NCBI GenBank assembly: GCA_023920165.1
Contig: CP089278.1
Location: forward strand, 1,178,001-1,242,000
DNA from: Curvularia clavata
Lineage: Eukaryota
Direction: 5' to 3'
DNA: 64,000 nt
This document shows, in pieces, positions 59,401 to 64,000 of this stretch; positions within the stretch are counted from its first letter, which is position 1, and the number at the start of each line of letters is the position of its first letter. The translations under genes were made by a program, and so were the position numbers. The notes below the pieces were generated by a model. It was given only the letters and a program-made list of their open reading frames with translations. It did no database searches and had not been told where the DNA came from.

Positions 59401-62049
59401 ATGGCGCTGCTTACCACGAGTGCGCCGGTCAACTACGACGAGCAGGAGGGTCTGTACAACCGCATCCAAAACACCCTGGCCGCCCTTCGCTAACAGCATA
59501 CAGCTGCCTTTGTTGACTTCCTCAAAAACTACAAATCCACCTCGACAGAAGCTGCAGACCAGCTCGAAGGCCTCAATCTCAATGGCAATGGCGACGAGGA
59601 CGACGACAATATGGCCGACGACTCAGACAACCCCGCAGCAGGCGGAGCCCAGTCTCGCAACAAGTCGAAGCTCAAGTACATGGACCAGCTGCAAGAAGTC
59701 GCAAATCGCATGCGGGACGAGATTCAGATAGACTTGAACGATGTCGAGGCTGTGAGTGGCGGTCAACAACTGCCAGTAACCCACAACTGATTCAGAGCCG
59801 CCAGTACGAGAAAGCCACTTCAGACGATGAGCACAACTTAAGGTTGATCGAGTCCATCGAGCGCAATGCGCACCACTATATCGAGATCTTTTCGCGAGCC
59901 GTCGATAAGTGCCTTCCACCACCCACGAGAGAGCTGAGGTACGGCACCGCCTGCGATTTTTTTGCAGAGCAGCACTGACTACGTACAGCTTTAAAGACGA
60001 TGTGTTGGACGTTATTATGACACAACGGTCCAAGCGCAACGAAAGGATGCAGGAGCTACAGGGTGTTGATGATGCCGCACAGGCGGCCCCGGAGTCCATG
60101 TTTCCCCCGGCCTTGACGCGACGCTACACGCTCAACTTCAAGCCTAGAGTACCGTCTGGTTCGAGCAGCCAGCGCAGTCTCAAGGCGCTCGCCGTCCGAA
60201 ACGTCCGCGGAGAACATCTCGGCCACCTCATCACAGTCCGCGGTATCGCAACAAGAGTCTCTGATGTCAAGCCTGCAGTACTTGTCAACGCCTATTCCTG
60301 CGACCGCTGTGGTAGCGAGGTCTTCCAGCCTGTGACAACCAAGCAATTCACTCCACTTGTCGAGTGTCCCTCAGAAGAGTGCAAGAGCAACAAGACCAAG
60401 GGCCAATTGTTTCTCTCTACTCGTGCTTCGAAATTCCTGCCTTTCCAGGAAGTCAAGATCCAGGAAATGGCTGATCAAGTACCTGTCGGTCACATCCCGA
60501 GACAGCTCACCATCCACTGCCACGGTGCCTTGGTTCGCCAAATTAACCCAGGAGATGTCATTGATTGCACTGGCATCTTCCTGCCCACGCCGTACACTGG
60601 ATTCAAGGCAATTCGCGCTGGTCTTCTTACCGATACCTACCTTGAAGCCCAGTATGTCTTGCAGCACAAGAAGGCTTACGATGACATTGTGCTTGCTCAA
60701 CCCACTCTACGGAGGATGAACGAGCTTGAGAGGACCGGACAGTTGTACGAGTACCTTTCGCGATCCATTGCGCCTGAAATCTTCGGTCACGTCGATGTCA
60801 AGAAGGCACTCCTTCTCCAGCTCATTGGCGGTGTCACAAAAGAGGTGGGCGACGGCATGCGTATTCGTGGCGACATCAACGTCTGCCTGATGGGTGATCC
60901 TGGTGTGGCTAAATCCCAATTGCTCAAGTATATCACGAAGGTTGCACCTCGTGGTGTCTATACCACCGGTCGTGGTAGCAGTGGTGTTGGTCTCACTGCA
61001 GCCGTCATGCGTGACCCCGTCACAGACGAGATGGTACTTGAAGGAGGTGCTCTCGTCCTGGCCGACAACGGCATGTGCTGCATTGATGAATTTGACAAGA
61101 TGGATGACAGCGATAGAACCGCTATTCACGAAGTCATGGAGCAACAGACCATTTCCATCAGCAAGGCAGGCATCACGACCACCCTCAACGCGCGTACGTC
61201 GATTCTTGCAGCTGCCAACCCGCTGTATGGCCGCTACAACCCTCGCCTGTCGCCTATCGAGAACATCAACCTTCCTGCCGCTCTTCTTTCTCGTTTCGAC
61301 GTTCTTTTCCTCATCCTTGATACCCCCGCGCGCGACTCGGACGAAGAGCTCGCCCGCCACGTTACCCACGTCCACATGCACAACGCCCATCCTGAAGCTC
61401 CTGGAGGTATCGTCTTCAGCCCTGCCGAAGTACGACAGTGGGTTGCACGTGCTAGGTCCTACCGGCCAACTGTGCCCAAGGAGGTTGCCGACTACATGGT
61501 GGGCGCCTATGTCCGCATGCGCCAGCAACAGAAGCGTGACGATGGCAGCAAGAAGGCCTTCACGCACACTTCGCCGCGTACGCTCCTGGGTGTGCTCCGT
61601 CTTGCCCAAGCTTTGGCCCGTCTTCGATTTGCAGATCAGGTCATCTCGGAGGATGTTGATGAGGCCCTACGTCTTACAGAGGTCAGCAAAGCTAGTCTCT
61701 ATGCCGATGAGAACCGCAGGGATGATCATACTCCTAGCAGTAAGATCTATCACCTTATCAAGTCTATGGAGGCTAGTGGTGCTGCCGCTGTCGGTGATGG
61801 CACTCGGGGTGAGCTTGATCTCCGCAGAGTCAGGGAGAGAGTGCTGGCCAAGGGTTTCACTGCTGATCAATTCGAATCGGCCATTGATGAATACGCTATG
61901 CTTGATGTAAGTTCTTGGCAACATAAAGTTGTTTACGACCCGCTAACGTCGCTGAACAGGTTTGGCAAACTACCGGTGAAGGAACACGACTTGTCTTCAT
62001 CGAGGCAGGTATGGAGGACGAGGATATGGATGCCGATAATGACTTCTAG
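59401..62049 (+). CDS. MCM7: DNA replication licensing factor Mcm7
   Basis: Zn finger CDRC...[48 protein letters not shown] and TSPRTLLG. Several introns; stop TAG 62047-62049. Confidence 0.95.
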
Positions 62050-62602
62050 ATTATGCATAAGAAAGGAACAGAGCAGCTGTGGATGTAGGAGTTTCTGGGT
62101 ACGGCGTACAAAGGCGTTGGATATCCAAGCGACGCTTAGGGCATTTCTATTGTATTTGCAGCTATCTGCAGGCTTCCGCATAGCTTACAACCTAACAATT
62201 GTATCCCAATGTCTGCACTGAATGCGTTTGGATGAGCGTCGTGTGAGCTGGGTGTATGATCACATGCCAAGGCAAGCATCTGCAGACGAGCATCATAGTA
62301 GCGGCATGAACGATCGCGGGGTCTTTAGCGAAAAGTGGGAGAGCTTCGCAAATGCAGGATACCTTCCCATTGTCCACATCAGTTCAGACCCTGCTTTCGA
62401 TGCTTGCAAAAGGAAGTGCTTCTTCCGAGTCTTGTTCCCGGGATTACCTTCTAGAATAGGCTTACCTCCAACGACGATTCTTGCGCCTTCGCGGCTAGTA
62501 GACGACAACGATAAGCCTGCGCCAGCTTCCACTTGGCCTTTATTCATCCCCGGAGACGGTTGCGCATGCCATAGACTTTGCAACTAGATTCACATCGCAA
62601 CC

Positions 62603-63349
62603 ATGGCACCCGTCGCAGCAAACAACTTTGCGCAGTTCATGGTAGTGGGACGTATGTAGACCCCTCACTCAGTTCAGCCTCAGCCCCAGCCCCAGCCTCA
62701 GCCGCCGCCGCCGCCTTGCAGCGCAAAGCCCCGTCGCTCTCACATATTCAATTGCGCATACAAACCTCCTTCTAACAAGCATACAGCAACATGTTTTTTC
62801 CTTGGAATCCTGTTCGCACAATTGCCCTACGACTACAATGTCCTGTGGGCAACACCGGACGACCGCACGTCGTACTTTGACATTCTCGAGTCGCACATCA
62901 AGTTTCTCTACGCCTCACCTCCCATCGTGTCCCGGATCCTCAATCTCGTCATTGGCACCGGCCTCCTCGGCTTCCTAATCAAGCTCTTCAAGCCCAACCA
63001 GGCCAACATGCTCTTCGACGGCGCATCCCTTGTCCTCTACATGGCCGGCATTACCGTCTACCTGACCAACATCGTCAAGGGCTTCAGGGTCGTGACGGCC
63101 GGTATCTACGGTGATATTGACAAGGCAAATCCGGGTGAGATTAGCGAAGAGGATATGGGCGATTACATCTCGAGGGAGGATACGCTGAGGGTTTTTGCAG
63201 CCAGTAACACGATTCTTGCGCTTGTGCTTGTGGGTGTGCTAGTGCTGCAGGCGGGTCAGTGGTATGCTAAGCGGGTGGAGGAACAGGAGATTCAAGAAAT
63301 TGAGCGTTTGGCGGAGGAGAAGAAGAGCGCGGGAAAGAAGAAGCAGTGA
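62603..63349 (+). CDS. SHR3: ER membrane chaperone for amino-acid permeases (Shr3 family)
   Basis: FAQFMVVG, intron 62652-62786, PTCFFLGILF...PYDYNVLW. Also KLFKPNQANMLFDGASLVLY, AASNTILALVLVGVLVLQAGQWYA and a Lys-rich end. Confidence 0.9.
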
Positions 63350-64000
63350 GAAAGTGTTTCCTTCTTTTTCGAAATGGAAAAAGCAAATGCCACGTAAGGT
63401 TGATAGTGGGGTGTTTTGAATATCTCTCATCCTACGAAGGACATTGCATTGCTTTGAGATAGGGTTAGGGACTATGGAAGACTGCATGCGTGTGAATAGG
63501 AGGTTCCGATTTGGGAATGTTATGTATCTAGGTAAAGGCAGATGGGAAGGCGTGGGCATGCATATTTCTCATTTTTCAAGCTACATAGTGTCGAGTTCAT
63601 GTCCTAATCAATCACTTTGACATTATAATTTCTCGCCCTGTATATCTTTGTTGCAGCAGTGTAATAGAGCAGGTGATTTTAGAGCGTTGCCATAATGTCT
63701 GCTTTGACTACAGCCGGACGCCACCCAGCATTATCGATCATTTAGCCGTCTCACTCAGTTCCTCACATCTAAACTCATGCTTCCAAGCATCTTTCGTTCG
63801 CAGCTGATGTAAGCCACGCAGTCTCGTGGCATTGGCACAGGGTCCACTTGTTTGCTCCTTCATTGTTTACCTGACAGCCCACCCTGAGACAAGCACACCT
63901 TGACTTTGCAACGCCTTGATCGAACTCTCGCTGCACCGACCAAACATTGCCTCTGCCGTGTGAAACACTGAATCCGAAGTTTGTCTAACATGACGCATAG

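Noticed and set aside
62674..62716. (CAGCCY)n/(GCC)n repeat
   Set aside because: A simple repeat inside the SHR3 intron, with no evidence of function.
1..64000. Transposons, tRNA/rRNA genes and CRISPR arrays
   Set aside because: No transposase/RT motifs, terminal repeats, cloverleafs or spacer arrays were recognised by eye. Small ncRNAs cannot be excluded without an Infernal or tRNAscan search.

Overview
Gene-dense window from a filamentous ascomycete genome, probably Dothideomycetes/Pleosporales-like. This is inferred from the short GT-AG introns with CTAAC/CTGAC branch sites and the gene content. Conserved housekeeping genes: DPH6 3' part, MDM31, PNO1, a PDR-type ABC transporter, GPD1, RPL11, SmB, MPC1, PEX1, MCM7 and SHR3. 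Other genes: an A-T-R NRPS-like reductase, an MFS efflux pump, a C2-domain protein, a Zn-dependent dehydrogenase, a fasciclin protein and a HAM-8-like membrane protein. An accessory-looking block (~40.2-51.7 kb) holds an ALDH lacking its catalytic Cys, a broken SDR gene and the most interesting feature. That feature is a tandem pair: a HeLo-domain + pseudokinase gene with MLKL-like motifs (HKAIRSDN, SGFELSR), immediately followed by a repeat/TPR + apparently active kinase gene. The pair is a candidate fungal necroptosis-like sensor-kinase/executioner module. All calls come from reading motifs by eye; no database searches were run.
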